DNA from: a virus
Lineage: Duplodnaviria; Heunggongvirae; Uroviricota; Caudoviricetes
Virus record (IMG/VR): IMGVR_UViG_2529292919_000017
Direction: 5' to 3' (one strand)
DNA length: 25,058 nt
Shown here in pieces: positions 7,404 through 15,496 of the stretch. The notes beneath the pieces were generated by a model, which made no database searches, was not told the DNA's origin, and was given only the letters and a program-made list of their open reading frames with translations. Both the position numbers and the translations under genes were made by a program. The first letter of the stretch is position 1. The number at the start of each line of letters is the position of its first letter.

Positions 7404-8105
7404 ATGAAAAACATCGCCGCACAGATGGTTAACTTTGACCGTGAGCAGATGCGTCGGATCGCCAACAACATGCCGGAACAGTACGACGAAAAGCCGCAGG
7501 TACAACAGGTAGCGCAGATCATCAACGGTGTGTTCAGCCAGTTACTGGCAACTTTCCCGGCGAGCCTGGCTAACCGTGACCAGAACGAACTGAACGAAAT
7601 CCGCCGCCAGTGGGTTCTGGCTTTCCGGGAAAACGGGATCACCACAATGGAACAGGTTAACGCAGGAATGCGCGTAGCCCGTCGGCAGAATCGACCATTT
7701 CTGCCATCACCCGGGCAGTTTGTTGCATGGTGCCGGGAAGAAGCATCCGTTATCGCCGGACTGCCAAACGTCAGCGAGCTGGTTGATATGGTTTACGAGT
7801 ATTGCCGGAAGCGAGGCCTGTATCCGGATGCGGAGTCTTATCCGTGGAAATCAAACGCGCACTACTGGCTGGTTACCAACCTGTATCAGAACATGCGGGC
7901 CAATGCGCTTACTGATGCGGAATTACGCCGTAAGGCCGCAGATGAGCTTGTCCATATGACTGCGAGAATTAACCGTGGTGAGTCGATCCCTGAACCAGTA
8001 AAACAACTTCCTGTCATGGGCGGTAGACCTCTAAATCGTGCACAGGCTCTGGCGAAGATCGCAGAACTCAAAGCTAAGTTCGGACTGAAAGGAGCAAGTG
8101 TATGA
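7404..8105 (+). CDS. P: replication protein P (DnaB loader)
   Basis: 233-aa ORF beginning MKNIAAQMVNFDREQMRRIANNMPEQYDEKPQVQQVAQIINGVF, matching lambda P from memory; start overlaps the O stop. Confidence 0.9.
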   Translation: MKNIAAQMVNFDREQMRRIANNMPEQYDEKPQVQQVAQIINGVFSQLLATFPASLANRDQNELNEIRRQWVLAFRENGITTMEQVNAGMRVARRQNRPFLPSPGQFVAWCREEASVIAGLPNVSELVDMVYEYCRKRGLYPDAESYPWKSNAHYWLVTNLYQNMRANALTDAELRRKAADELVHMTARINRGESIPEPVKQLPVMGGRPLNRAQALAKIAELKAKFGLKGASV

Positions 8106-8392
8106 CGGGCAAAGAGGCAATTATTCATTACCTGGGGACGCATAATAGCTTCTGTGCGCCGGACGTTGCCGAGCTAACAGGCGCAACAGTAACCAGCATA
8201 AATCAGGCCGCGGCTAAAATGGCACGGGCAGGTCTTCTGGTTATCGAAGGTAAGGTCTGGCGAACGGTGTATTACCGGTTTGCTACCAAGGAAGAACGGG
8301 AAGGAAAGATGAGCACGAACCTAATTTTTAAGGAGTGTCGCCAGAGTGCCGCGATGAAACGGGTATTGGCGGTATATGGAGTTAAAAGATGA
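8102..8392 (+). CDS. ren: Ren
   Basis: 96-aa ORF MTGKEAIIHYLGTHNSFCAPDVAELTGATVTSINQAAAKMARAGLLVIEGKVW..., matching lambda Ren from memory; ATGA overlap with the P stop. Confidence 0.85.
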   Translation: MTGKEAIIHYLGTHNSFCAPDVAELTGATVTSINQAAAKMARAGLLVIEGKVWRTVYYRFATKEEREGKMSTNLIFKECRQSAAMKRVLAVYGVKR

Positions 8393-8418
8393 CCATCTAC
8401 ATCACTGAGCTAATAACA

Positions 8419-8445
8419 GGCCTGCTGGTAATCGCAGGCCTTTTT
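8419..8445 (+). terminator. rho-independent terminator (tR2-like)
   Basis: Stem GGCCTGC (8419-8425) / GCAGGCC (8434-8440), 8-nt loop, then TTTTT (8441-8445); between ren and the nin region. Confidence 0.55.
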
Positions 8446-8464
8446 ATTTGGGGGAGAGTAAATC

Positions 8465-8791
8465 GTGGCTGACTGGCAAATACCAATCATCATTCTTGCC
8501 GGAGCTTCGCTGGTTGCTGGCTTTATCCTGCTGAAGAAGCATAAAGACCGTGATCAAAAAGTCGAAGTTCTCTATGGGTATCCGGCGAACAGCACAACAT
8601 GGCTGACTATTTACCACTACCGAAAATCAGGCCGTTGGGTATTCGAATGGGATGATCTGTTTGCTGAAAAGCGACCAAAGTCATGGGGAGACATCAGCGA
8701 ATGCATGATGTTTGAAGAAAGAAAATCCGGCGCAACCCGAGAAGAGTTTAACGAAGCGTGGAGGCGATTAAGTGAGAGGGGGTATCAATGA
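8465..8791 (+). CDS. hypothetical nin-region protein with an N-terminal hydrophobic segment
   Basis: GTG start at 8465 after GGGGGAGAG; 108-aa ORF; N-terminal IPIIILAGASLVAGFILL looks like a membrane anchor. Confidence 0.5.
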   Translation: MADWQIPIIILAGASLVAGFILLKKHKDRDQKVEVLYGYPANSTTWLTIYHYRKSGRWVFEWDDLFAEKRPKSWGDISECMMFEERKSGATREEFNEAWRRLSERGYQ

Positions 8792-8813
8792 GCAGAATTA
8801 AGTCGAGGTAACA

Positions 8814-9260
8814 ATGAAGCAAATATACATGCTTCGCAACGAAGCAATCAGAAACAACGCCATAGACGCAATACTCTCACTTCCGATCGACGACAAGTCA
8901 CCTCACGAAGTCCACATTAAAGAACCCAGGCGGAGCAATCCTCAAAACCGCCTTATGTGGGCGTTATTGCAGGACGTATCACGTCAGGTGCTTTGGCATG
9001 GAAAGAGACTTGCGCCGGAGGACTGGAAAGATCTGTTCACTGCCCTGTGGCTTAAGACCAAAAAACTGGAGCAACGAAGTGCGCCTGGTATCGACGGTGG
9101 CGTTGTCATGCTTGGCGTGCGTACCAGCAAAATGCGAAAGGCCAGCATGACTGAGCTTATCGAAATCATGTTCTGGTTCGGCTCAGAGCGCAACGTGCGG
9201 TGGAGTGATGACTCCCGGCGAGAGTATGAATGGTCACAACGAAAAGGTAGGGCTGCATGA
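8814..9260 (+). CDS. ninB: NinB-family recombination protein
   Basis: 148-aa ORF; motifs NRLMWALLQDVSRQVLWHGKRL and VRWSDDSRREYEW resemble lambda NinB from memory. Confidence 0.7.
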   Translation: MKQIYMLRNEAIRNNAIDAILSLPIDDKSPHEVHIKEPRRSNPQNRLMWALLQDVSRQVLWHGKRLAPEDWKDLFTALWLKTKKLEQRSAPGIDGGVVMLGVRTSKMRKASMTELIEIMFWFGSERNVRWSDDSRREYEWSQRKGRAA

Positions 9261-9784
9261 CTATCAAATCAAATACGCCAGCACACGACAAGGACTGCTG
9301 GCAAACGCCGCTTTGGCTTTTTGATGCACTGGATATTGAGTTTGGATTCTGGCTGGATTCGGCAGCGAGCGACAAAAATGCTCTGTGCGCTCACTGGCTA
9401 ACTGAGGCTGACGACGCGCTAAATTCTGAGTGGGTAAGCCACGGTGCAATCTGGAATAACCCACCGTACAGCAATATCAGGCCGTGGGTGGAAAAAGCCG
9501 CTGAGCAGTGTATACAACAACGACAGACGGTAGTGATGCTTGTGCCAGAGGATATGTCAGTCGGATGGTTCAGCAAGGCTCTGGAGAGTGTCGACGAAGT
9601 TCGTATTATCACTGATGGACGGATTAATTTTGTCGAACCATCGACAGGACTGGAGAAGAAGGGAAACAGCAAAGGTTCCATGCTGCTGATTTGGCGACCG
9701 TTCATCAGTTCTCGACGGATGTTTACTACTGTATCCAAAGCGGCATTGATGGCGATCGGGCAGGGCGTCAGGAGGGCAGCATGA
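9257..9784 (+). CDS. dam: phage-type DNA N6-adenine methyltransferase
   Basis: 175-aa ORF with the catalytic NPPY motif (IWNNPPYSN) and the conserved N-terminal [18 protein letters not shown] block typical of the phage Dam family. Confidence 0.8.
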   Translation: MTIKSNTPAHDKDCWQTPLWLFDALDIEFGFWLDSAASDKNALCAHWLTEADDALNSEWVSHGAIWNNPPYSNIRPWVEKAAEQCIQQRQTVVMLVPEDMSVGWFSKALESVDEVRIITDGRINFVEPSTGLEKKGNSKGSMLLIWRPFISSRRMFTTVSKAALMAIGQGVRRAA

Positions 9785-9963
9785 GACGACAGCGACGAAG
9801 TTTCACCGACATCATCTGCGAAAACTGCAAATACCTTCCAACGAAACGCTACAGAAATAAACGCAAGCCAATCCCAAAAGAATCTGACGTAAAAACCTTC
9901 AACTACACGGCTCACCTGTGGGATATCCGGTGGCTAAGACATTGTGCGAGGAAAACAAGGTGA
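9781..9963 (+). CDS. ninE: NinE-like protein (60 aa)
   Basis: ATG 9781 overlaps the dam stop; [60 protein letters not shown] resembles lambda NinE from memory. Confidence 0.6.
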   Translation: MRRQRRSFTDIICENCKYLPTKRYRNKRKPIPKESDVKTFNYTAHLWDIRWLRHCARKTR

Positions 9964-10130
9964 TTGACCAAAATCGAAGTTACGAACAAGAAAGCGTCGA
10001 GCGAGCTTTAACGTGCGCTAACTGCGGTCAGAAGCTGCATGTGCTGGAAGTTCACGTGTGTGAGCACTGTTGCGCAGAACTTATGAGCGATCCGAATAGC
10101 TCAATGTACGAGGAAGAAGACGATGAATGA
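9960..10130 (+). CDS. ninF: NinF-like small cysteine-rich protein
   Basis: GTG 9960 overlapping the ninE stop (or in-frame ATG at 9918); [56 protein letters not shown] has a CxxC...CxxCC pattern. Confidence 0.55.
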   Translation: MIDQNRSYEQESVERALTCANCGQKLHVLEVHVCEHCCAELMSDPNSSMYEEEDDE

Positions 10131-10845
10131 GTTAATAAATGGCAATGCCATAAAAATGACAAGCATTGAAATCGCTGAGTTGGTTGGTAAGCGTCATGAC
10201 AATGTGAAACGTACCATCGAAACGCTGGCTAAAAATGGTGTTATCCGGCTTCCTCAAATTGAGGATTGTGGAAGAATCAATGGGTTAGGCTTAAATCAAA
10301 GTTTTTGTGTGTATGTATTCGAAGGCGAACAAGGAAAGCGAGACAGTATTGTCGTTGTAGCCCAGTTGTCGCCGGAATTCACGGCTCGCCTTGTTGACCG
10401 TTGGCGAGAGCTTGAAGAAGCTGCGGTTAATATCCCAAAAACGCTACCAGAAGCGTTGCGCCTTGCTGCTGACCTTGCTGAGCAGAAAATGCAACTGGAA
10501 AACCAGCTAGCAATTGCCGCACCTAAAGTTGAGTTTGCCGATCGCGTTGGCGAGGCCAGCGGAATTTTGATTGGAAACTTTGCAAAGGTTGTTGGAATTG
10601 GTCCAAACAAACTGTTTGCGTGGATGCGCGATCACAAAATCCTTATTGCTTCAGGTTCCCGGCGCAATGTGCCAATGCAGGAATATATGGATCGCGGCTA
10701 TTTCACAGTGAAAGAAACAGCGGTCAACACAAATCACGGAATACAGATATCGTTCACCACAAAAATCACCGGGTGTGGTCAACAGTGGCTGACCAGAAAG
10801 CTGCTCGATAACGGAATGCTGAAAGTAACAGGGGAGGCTGCTTAA
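10123..10845 (+). CDS. Rha-family N-terminal domain fused to a KilAC (ANT) C-terminal domain; putative antirepressor
   Basis: 240-aa ORF; N-terminal MTSIEIAELVGKRHDNVKRTIETL is the Rha-type motif; C-terminal FADRVGEASGILIGNFAKVVGIGPNKLFAWMRDHKIL...QEYMDRGYF is the KilAC-type motif. Domain call from memory of the family patterns. Confidence 0.65.
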   Translation: MNELINGNAIKMTSIEIAELVGKRHDNVKRTIETLAKNGVIRLPQIEDCGRINGLGLNQSFCVYVFEGEQGKRDSIVVVAQLSPEFTARLVDRWRELEEAAVNIPKTLPEALRLAADLAEQKMQLENQLAIAAPKVEFADRVGEASGILIGNFAKVVGIGPNKLFAWMRDHKILIASGSRRNVPMQEYMDRGYFTVKETAVNTNHGIQISFTTKITGCGQQWLTRKLLDNGMLKVTGEAA

Positions 10846-11135
10846 TGGCTAACCTACGCAAAGAAGCTCGCGGCAGAGAATGCCAGGTACGTATTTACGG
10901 CGTATGCAATGGCAACCCTGAAACTACAGTTCTGGCACATTACCGGATGGCTGGAATTTGCGGAACGGGAATGAAGCCTGACGACCTGATCGGCGCATGG
11001 GCTTGTAGCGCGTGTCACGATGAAATCGACCGACGCACCCATAACCTCGACAACAAAGACGCCAGACTTTACCACCTCGAAGGCGTGATCAGGACGCAGG
11101 CGATACTGCTGAAGGAGGGGAAGATTAAGCCATGA
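10845..11135 (+). CDS. ybcO: YbcO-like (DUF1364) putative nuclease
   Basis: 96-aa ORF MANLRKEARGRECQVRIYGVCNGNPETTVLAHYRM...CSACHDEIDRRTH, closely resembling DLP12 YbcO from memory. Confidence 0.6.
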   Translation: MANLRKEARGRECQVRIYGVCNGNPETTVLAHYRMAGICGTGMKPDDLIGAWACSACHDEIDRRTHNLDNKDARLYHLEGVIRTQAILLKEGKIKP

Positions 11136-11494
11136 ACGAATATCAGTTTGTGCTTCCATACCCGCCGTCGGTGAATACCTACTGGCGAAGACGGGGAGGC
11201 CAATACTACATCAGCGATAAAGGCCAGAAATACCGAAAAGACGTTCAGCAAATCATTCGCCAACTCAAGTTAGACATTTTCACCAAATCACGACTCCGTA
11301 TCAAAGTCATCGCAGACGTTCCAGACTCCCGCCGCCGCGACCTCGACAACATCCTGAAAGGTTTACTCGACTCCCTTATCCACGCCGGATTTGCGGAAGA
11401 CGACGAGCAATTCGATGACATTCGCGTAATTCGTGGTGTGAAAGTACCAGGCGGAAGGCTTGGAATAAAAATCACCGAACTGGAGAACACATGA
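11132..11494 (+). CDS. rusA: RusA Holliday-junction resolvase
   Basis: 120-aa ORF; PYPPSVNTYW and DSRRRDLDNILKGLLDSL match the RusA catalytic region; ATGA overlap with the preceding gene. Confidence 0.85.
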   Translation: MNEYQFVLPYPPSVNTYWRRRGGQYYISDKGQKYRKDVQQIIRQLKLDIFTKSRLRIKVIADVPDSRRRDLDNILKGLLDSLIHAGFAEDDEQFDDIRVIRGVKVPGGRLGIKITELENT

Positions 11495-11625
11495 ACAAAG
11501 CATTCGAACGATATATGCGCCAGCGTTATGGCAATCGCTACGATCTTACCCGCGATGCTTACGGCTTCTACTGTCGTGAGGTTGTGAAACGAATGTTTGA
11601 AGTGTGGTGTCATTGCAAAGGATAG
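11491..11625 (+). CDS. ylcG: YlcG-like small protein (44 aa)
   Basis: ATG 11491 overlaps the rusA stop; MNKAFERYMRQRYGNRYDLTRDAYGFYCREVVKRMFEVWCHCKG; same position as ylcG between rusA and Q in DLP12. Confidence 0.5.
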   Translation: MNKAFERYMRQRYGNRYDLTRDAYGFYCREVVKRMFEVWCHCKG

Positions 11626-11636
11626 AGGGGAAGACG

Positions 11637-12260
11637 ATGAGACTCGAAAGCGTAGCTAAATTTCATTCGCCAAAAAGCCCGATGATGAGCGACTCACCAC
11701 GGGCCACGGCTTCTGACTCTCTTTCCGGTACTGATGTGATGGCTGCTATGGGGATGGCGCAATCACAAGCCGGATTCGGAATGGCTGCATTCTGCGGTAA
11801 GCACGAACTCAGCCAGAACGACAAACAAAAGGCTATCAACTATCTGATGCAATTTGCACACAAGGTATCGGGGAAATACCGTGGCGTGGCAAAGCTTGAA
11901 GGAAATACTAAGGCAAAGGTACTGCAAGTGCTCGCAACATTCGCTTATGCGGATTATTGCCGTAGTGCCGCGACGCCGGGCGCAAGATGCAGAGATTGCC
12001 ACGGTACAGGCCGTGCGGTTGATATAGCCAAAACAGAGCAGTGGGGGATAGTTGCTGAGAAAGAGTGCGGAAGATGTAAAGGCGTCGGTTATTCAAGAAT
12101 GCCAGCAAGCGCCGCATATCGCGCTGTGACGATGCTAATCCCAAACCTTACCCAACCCACCTGGTCACGCACTGTTAAGCCGCTGTATGACGCTCTGGTT
12201 GTGCAATGCCACAAGGAAGAGTCAATCGCAGACAACATTTTGAATGCGATCACACGTTAG
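11637..12260 (+). CDS. Q: late-gene antiterminator Q (lambda type)
   Basis: ATG 11637 after AGAGGGGAAG; MRLESVAKFHSPKSPMMSDSPRATASDSLSGTDVMAAMGMAQSQAGFGMAAFCGKHELSQ... matches lambda Q from memory over 207 aa. Confidence 0.9.
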   Translation: MRLESVAKFHSPKSPMMSDSPRATASDSLSGTDVMAAMGMAQSQAGFGMAAFCGKHELSQNDKQKAINYLMQFAHKVSGKYRGVAKLEGNTKAKVLQVLATFAYADYCRSAATPGARCRDCHGTGRAVDIAKTEQWGIVAEKECGRCKGVGYSRMPASAAYRAVTMLIPNLTQPTWSRTVKPLYDALVVQCHKEESIADNILNAITR

Positions 12261-12302
12261 CGCCATGATTGCCACGGATGGCAACATATTAACGGCATAA
12301 TA

Positions 12303-12335
12303 TTGACTTTTTGAATAACTTTGGGGAAACTTGAC
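12303..12335 (+). promoter_or_regulatory. pR'-like late promoter with qut, -10 hexamer altered relative to lambda
   Basis: TTGACT (12303-12308), spacer TTTTGAATAACTTTGGG, then GAAACT (12326-12331), parallel to lambda TTGACT-TATTGAATAAAATTGGG-TAAATT; resemblance to lambda appears to stop just after TTGAC at about 12335. Confidence 0.45.
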
Positions 12336-12472
12336 ACCAATAATGGGCGTTTTTTACATGTCATTGATGAGTCTCAATAACCTGCCGCCGAGTAGTTTTT
12401 ATGCTCTGAATTGTATTTGTGTAGTAAACATGCTGACTGCAATGTAATAGAGTTTTTTTAGCCTGTAACCTC

Positions 12473-12502
12473 TTGACGGCATTGAATTGCTTTTGTTATG
12501 AG
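12473..12502 (+). promoter_or_regulatory. candidate sigma70 promoter for the membrane-protein gene
   Basis: -35 TTGACG (12473-12478), 17-18 bp spacer, -10 TTATGA/TATGAG (12496-12502), about 40 bp upstream of ATG 12540. Confidence 0.3.
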
Positions 12503-12539
12503 TTGTAAGCCAATGTTATCATCTTGTATTGGGGTGGTT

Positions 12540-13256
12540 ATGAAGGATGGTGCACTGCTCAGGAGTTCTTCACTTTTTATTGCCTACATGGGATGCCTTG
12601 GATGGGGGAGTGCTTATTTCTATGGATGGGGTACTTCTTTTTACTACGGCTTCCCATGGTGGATTGTAGGTGCAGGTGTTGATGATGTTGCCAGAAGTTT
12701 ATTTTTTGCAGTTATCGTCATTGCTATATTTCTTATCGGTTGGGGTATTGGTGTTGTATTCTTTTTCGCAGTGAAAAGAAAACATTCTATGCAAGAGCTA
12801 AATGTATTTCGCCTTTATTTTGCTGTGGAATTATTGTTTGTGCCGGCAATTATTGAGTTTTCTATATTGAGACAGAAGATTCAGGTACCTCTTTTGCTAC
12901 TGTCAGCAGCGATTGCGCTGGCGGTTACAATTTCGATAAGATCTTATGGGCGATTTTTATCGGTATCATGCTTCTATGATAAGCCATTTATAAAAAAACA
13001 TTTTTTTGAGATTGTGATGATTGCTTTTGTGGCATATTTCTGGTTTTTTTCATTTCTGACAGGATATTACAAACCGCAGTTTAAGAAAGAATATGAAATG
13101 ATTAATTATAATGATGGTTGGTATTATGTTCTTGCTCGTTATGATAATTGTCTGGTTTTGTCTACTTCTTTCAATGCAGGTAGTAAAAGGTTTGTCATTT
13201 ATCAATCAGCACAAGATAAGAATCTTCAGGTTGATATTGTAAGGACCAGAATTTAA
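12540..13256 (+). CDS. polytopic inner-membrane protein of unknown function (about 238 aa, 5-6 predicted TM helices plus a C-terminal soluble tail)
   Basis: ATG 12540 after GGGGTGG (track ORF starts at 12498). Hydrophobic segments LFIAYMGCLGWGSAYFYGW, LFFAVIVIAIFLIGWGIGVVFFFAV, LYFAVELLFVPAIIEFSIL, VPLLLLSAAIALAVTISI, FFEIVMIAFVAYFWFFSFLTGYY; C-terminal YNDGWYYVLARYDNCLVLSTSFNAGSKRFVIYQ. Visibly AT-rich relative to the flanking phage genes. Confidence 0.65.
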   Translation: MKDGALLRSSSLFIAYMGCLGWGSAYFYGWGTSFYYGFPWWIVGAGVDDVARSLFFAVIVIAIFLIGWGIGVVFFFAVKRKHSMQELNVFRLYFAVELLFVPAIIEFSILRQKIQVPLLLLSAAIALAVTISIRSYGRFLSVSCFYDKPFIKKHFFEIVMIAFVAYFWFFSFLTGYYKPQFKKEYEMINYNDGWYYVLARYDNCLVLSTSFNAGSKRFVIYQSAQDKNLQVDIVRTRI

Positions 13257-13686
13257 TTGGCTGCATAAATAATATTTTAAGTTGCAAGTTGGCTATTCGT
13301 AGGAATAGAACCTTAGGCATGCTGAATGCGTTTTCTGAACATTGTTTTATAAACTGTGTCTGCTTGCTGTTGTGATCCTGCTTTTAGTGATGGTGATGAT
13401 GGATTTCACCAGCAGGATAATGTTGGTACTGACTGATGGCGCTCTGGTCTGCGGCATTGTGGTATTGCTGTGGCCGATGATGAAAAAACAGAATGAATAA
13501 TCCTTGACTTTTTTGTTTACTGTTTATTAAAAAATCAACCGCATGGTGAATCCTCCTTGGAGGGGCTAAATGATCGAGTTTTAAGGGCACGTAGCGAGTT
13601 CTGTTTGATCATTGCAGAACTTAGCGGGAGGCGCCATGCGTACATCACTAATGTTATTTCCTTCTATCATTTTCCTTGTGAGTTCT

Positions 13687-13713
13687 GGCTGCGCATGGCG
13701 CGGCCTTTTTTTT
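13687..13713 (+). terminator. rho-independent terminator
   Basis: Stem GGCTGCGC (13687-13694) / GCGCGGCC (13698-13705) with one G-U pair, 3-nt loop, then eight T (13706-13713). Confidence 0.55.
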
Positions 13714-13894
13714 ATGACCTGCCACTGGCAGATGGTCATCCTGTGATTTGATTCCGGTTCCGGCTTTTTAACTCTGTTCCTGTACACGGGAGAAATTCTA
13801 TGTCGATTAATCGTTATGATATTGGTTACAAGAAGTACCACGTATTGTGTTGAGATAGAAAGCATGGTGCCAGAGGTAAATGCAGCAGCATAAT

Positions 13895-13942
13895 AAAAAA
13901 GAGCCAGCGCAGAAGAGAACGGGTAAAAGAGTCTGCGCTGGC
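13895..13942 (-). terminator. rho-independent terminator on the minus strand with no obvious upstream gene
   Basis: Perfect 11-bp stem GCCAGCGCAGA (13903-13913) / TCTGCGCTGGC (13932-13942) with an 18-nt loop; the plus-strand A-run 13895-13900 gives a U-run after the stem on the minus strand. Confidence 0.45.
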
Positions 13943-14058
13943 GTGGGGATATTCCCCGTGGAGAAATGATATGTAACACACATCGGGAACCTTTCTATAT
14001 AAACATTATCATTATTGTCAATCATAACAGTCAGGTATTATGACGTTTATGCATCAGG

Positions 14059-14086
14059 GCCATCAGGAATTAACTGGTGGCTTTTT
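14059..14086 (+). terminator. rho-independent terminator immediately upstream of the holin gene (tR'-like)
   Basis: Stem GCCATCAG (14059-14066) / CTGGTGGC (14074-14081) with one G-U pair, 7-nt loop, then TTTTT (14082-14086); about 35 bp before the S start. Confidence 0.5.
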
Positions 14087-14121
14087 ATTGTTGTCAGCTT
14101 CCGGATAACGGGAGACGGGGT

Positions 14122-14337
14122 ATGTACCAGATGGAAAAAATAACAACAGGTGTGTCATACACCACGTCAGCGGTGGGGACGGGATACTGGCTACTGCAGT
14201 TGCTGGACAAAGTCTCCCCATCCCAGTGGGTGGCAATAGGCGTATTGGGTAGCCTGGTGTTTGGCTTGCTGACGTATCTGACAAACCTTTATTTCAAGAT
14301 TAAAGAAGATAAGCGTAAGGCTGCGAGAGGTGAATAA
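14122..14337 (+). CDS. S: holin S (phage-21 type, dual-start motif)
   Basis: ATG 14122 after GGGAGACGGGG; [45 protein letters not shown]... with two Met codons separated by YQ (antiholin/holin starts); matches the S21-type holin from memory. Confidence 0.85.
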   Translation: MYQMEKITTGVSYTTSAVGTGYWLLQLLDKVSPSQWVAIGVLGSLVFGLLTYLTNLYFKIKEDKRKAARGE

Positions 14338-14834
14338 TGTCGCCATCATTACGCAAGGCTGTTGCTGCTGCTATTGGTGGTGGGGCTGTTGCCATAGCGT
14401 CTGTGCTCATCACTGGTCCGAGTGGTGACGATGGCCAGGAAGGTGTCAGCTACATACCATACGAAGATATCGTTGGCGTATGGACTGTATGTCACGGACA
14501 CACCGGAAAAGACATCATTCCCGGTAAAACGTATACCGAAGCAGAATGCAAAGCCCTCCTGAATAAAGACCTTGCCATGGTCGCCAGACAAATTAACCCG
14601 TACATCAAAGTCGATATACCGGAAACAACGCGCGGCGCTCTTTACTCGTTCGTTTACAACGTGGGCGCTGGTAATTTCAGAACATCGACGCTTCTTCGCA
14701 AAATAAACCAGGGTGATATCAAAGGCGCATGTGACCAGCTACGTCGCTGGACATACGCTGGCGGTAAGCAATGGAAAGGGCTGATGACCCGTCGTGATAT
14801 TGAGCGTGAAGTCTGTTTGTGGGGGCAGCAATGA
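14337..14834 (+). CDS. R: SAR endolysin R (lysozyme with N-terminal signal-anchor-release domain)
   Basis: 165-aa ORF; N-terminal [21 protein letters not shown] is a Gly/Ala-rich SAR segment; followed by lysozyme-like sequence; start overlaps the S stop (TAATG). Confidence 0.85.
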   Translation: MSPSLRKAVAAAIGGGAVAIASVLITGPSGDDGQEGVSYIPYEDIVGVWTVCHGHTGKDIIPGKTYTEAECKALLNKDLAMVARQINPYIKVDIPETTRGALYSFVYNVGAGNFRTSTLLRKINQGDIKGACDQLRRWTYAGGKQWKGLMTRRDIEREVCLWGQQ

Positions 14835-15298
14835 GCAGGGTAACCGCGATTATCTCCGCTCTGGTTATTTGCATCATCCTCTGCCTGTCATGGGCTGTTA
14901 ATCATTACCGTGATAACGCCATCGCCTACAAAGAGCAGCGTGATAAAAAAGTCAGTGAGCTGAAGCAGGCGACCGCCACCATTACTGACATGCAGCAACG
15001 CCAGCGTGCTGCTGATGTACTCGATGCTAAATACACGAAGGAGTTAGCCAATGCGAAAGCTGAAAATGATGCTCTTCGGCGTAAGCTTGATAATGGTGGT
15101 CGGGTGCTCGTCAAAGGAAAATGCCCTGTGCCAGCCTCAGCCAAAACCTCCAGCTCCTCCGGCATGGGCAATGATGCCACCGTCGAACTCTCTTCAGTTG
15201 CTGGACGAAACGTTCTCGGTATCCGGGACGGAATTATCCGTGACCAAACAGCACTGAGAACGCTTCAGGAGTACATCAGGACGCAATGCCTGAAATAA
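14831..15298 (+). CDS. Rz: Rz i-spanin
   Basis: ATG 14831 (ATGA overlap with the R stop); [34 protein letters not shown]... matches the lambda Rz N-terminus from memory. Confidence 0.85.
   Translation: MSRVTAIISALVICIILCLSWAVNHYRDNAIAYKEQRDKKVSELKQATATITDMQQRQRAADVLDAKYTKELANAKAENDALRRKLDNGGRVLVKGKCPVPASAKTSSSSGMGNDATVELSSVAGRNVLGIRDGIIRDQTALRTLQEYIRTQCLK
15051..15257 (+). CDS. Rz1: Rz1 o-spanin lipoprotein, embedded in Rz in the +1 frame
   Basis: 68-aa ORF inside Rz; signal peptide ending in lipobox VVGC, then a proline-rich stretch [11 protein letters not shown] as in lambda Rz1. Confidence 0.75.
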   Translation: MRKLKMMLFGVSLIMVVGCSSKENALCQPQPKPPAPPAWAMMPPSNSLQLLDETFSVSGTELSVTKQH

Positions 15299-15328
15299 TT
15301 TTTTTGCAAATCACAAAGTCAATTTAAT

Positions 15329-15354
15329 GAGCCTCGCGATGCGGGGCTTTTTTA
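15329..15354 (+). terminator. rho-independent terminator after the lysis cassette
   Basis: Stem GCCTCGC (15331-15337) / GCGGGGC (15341-15347) with one G-U pair, loop GAT, then TTTTTT (15348-15353). Confidence 0.55.
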
Positions 15355-15496
15355 TGTCCGCAGTAAACGCGCATCTCACGCGCATATTAACGAGAGCCTT
15401 TCAGTAAGCGAGCCTGAGAAATGCCGTTATAGGTGGCGACCTCTCTCGGGCGGCTTTTCTGTGAGACAGGCTCACTTTCTAAAAGGTAAAGACGCT

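Larger units (their letters stand above)
4950..7407 (+). pseudogene. O: replication initiator O, interrupted by an IS insertion
   Basis: 5' part 4950-5378 (MTNTAKILNFGRGNFAGQERNVADLDDGYARLSNMLLEAY...) and 3' part 6937-7407 (…TKEKRKDYSSENSGESSDQPENDLSVVKPDAAIQ…WIYGVDL) are in the same frame and together give 299 codons, the length of lambda O. The element 5379-6928 separates them. Confidence 0.85.

Noticed and set aside
9391-9915. 174-aa minus-strand ORF
   Set aside because: Antisense to the Dam methylase and NinE-like genes, which have recognisable motifs and coupled starts.
13384-13590. 68-aa minus-strand ORF ending in HHHHH
   Set aside because: It is the reverse complement of an ATG/GTG-rich stretch (ATGGTGATGATGG) and has no ribosome-binding site; treated as an artefact.
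13636-13746. 36-aa ORF with GGGAGG Shine-Dalgarno and a possible lipobox (LVSSGC)
   Set aside because: The lipobox is imperfect and the frame runs straight through the T8 terminator at 13687-13713; kept only as part of the non-coding module finding.
13807-14025. 72-aa minus-strand ORF
   Set aside because: Reads through the strong 11-bp hairpin terminator at 13903-13942 and has no Shine-Dalgarno; more likely non-coding.
15431-15442. AGGTGGCGACCT, which resembles the lambda cohesive-end sequence GGGCGGCGACCT
   Set aside because: It lies about 1.2 kb from the Nu1 start and lacks the flanking cos context; the site at 16448-16467 matches both cosN and the downstream cosB-side sequence and sits at the lambda-like distance from Nu1.
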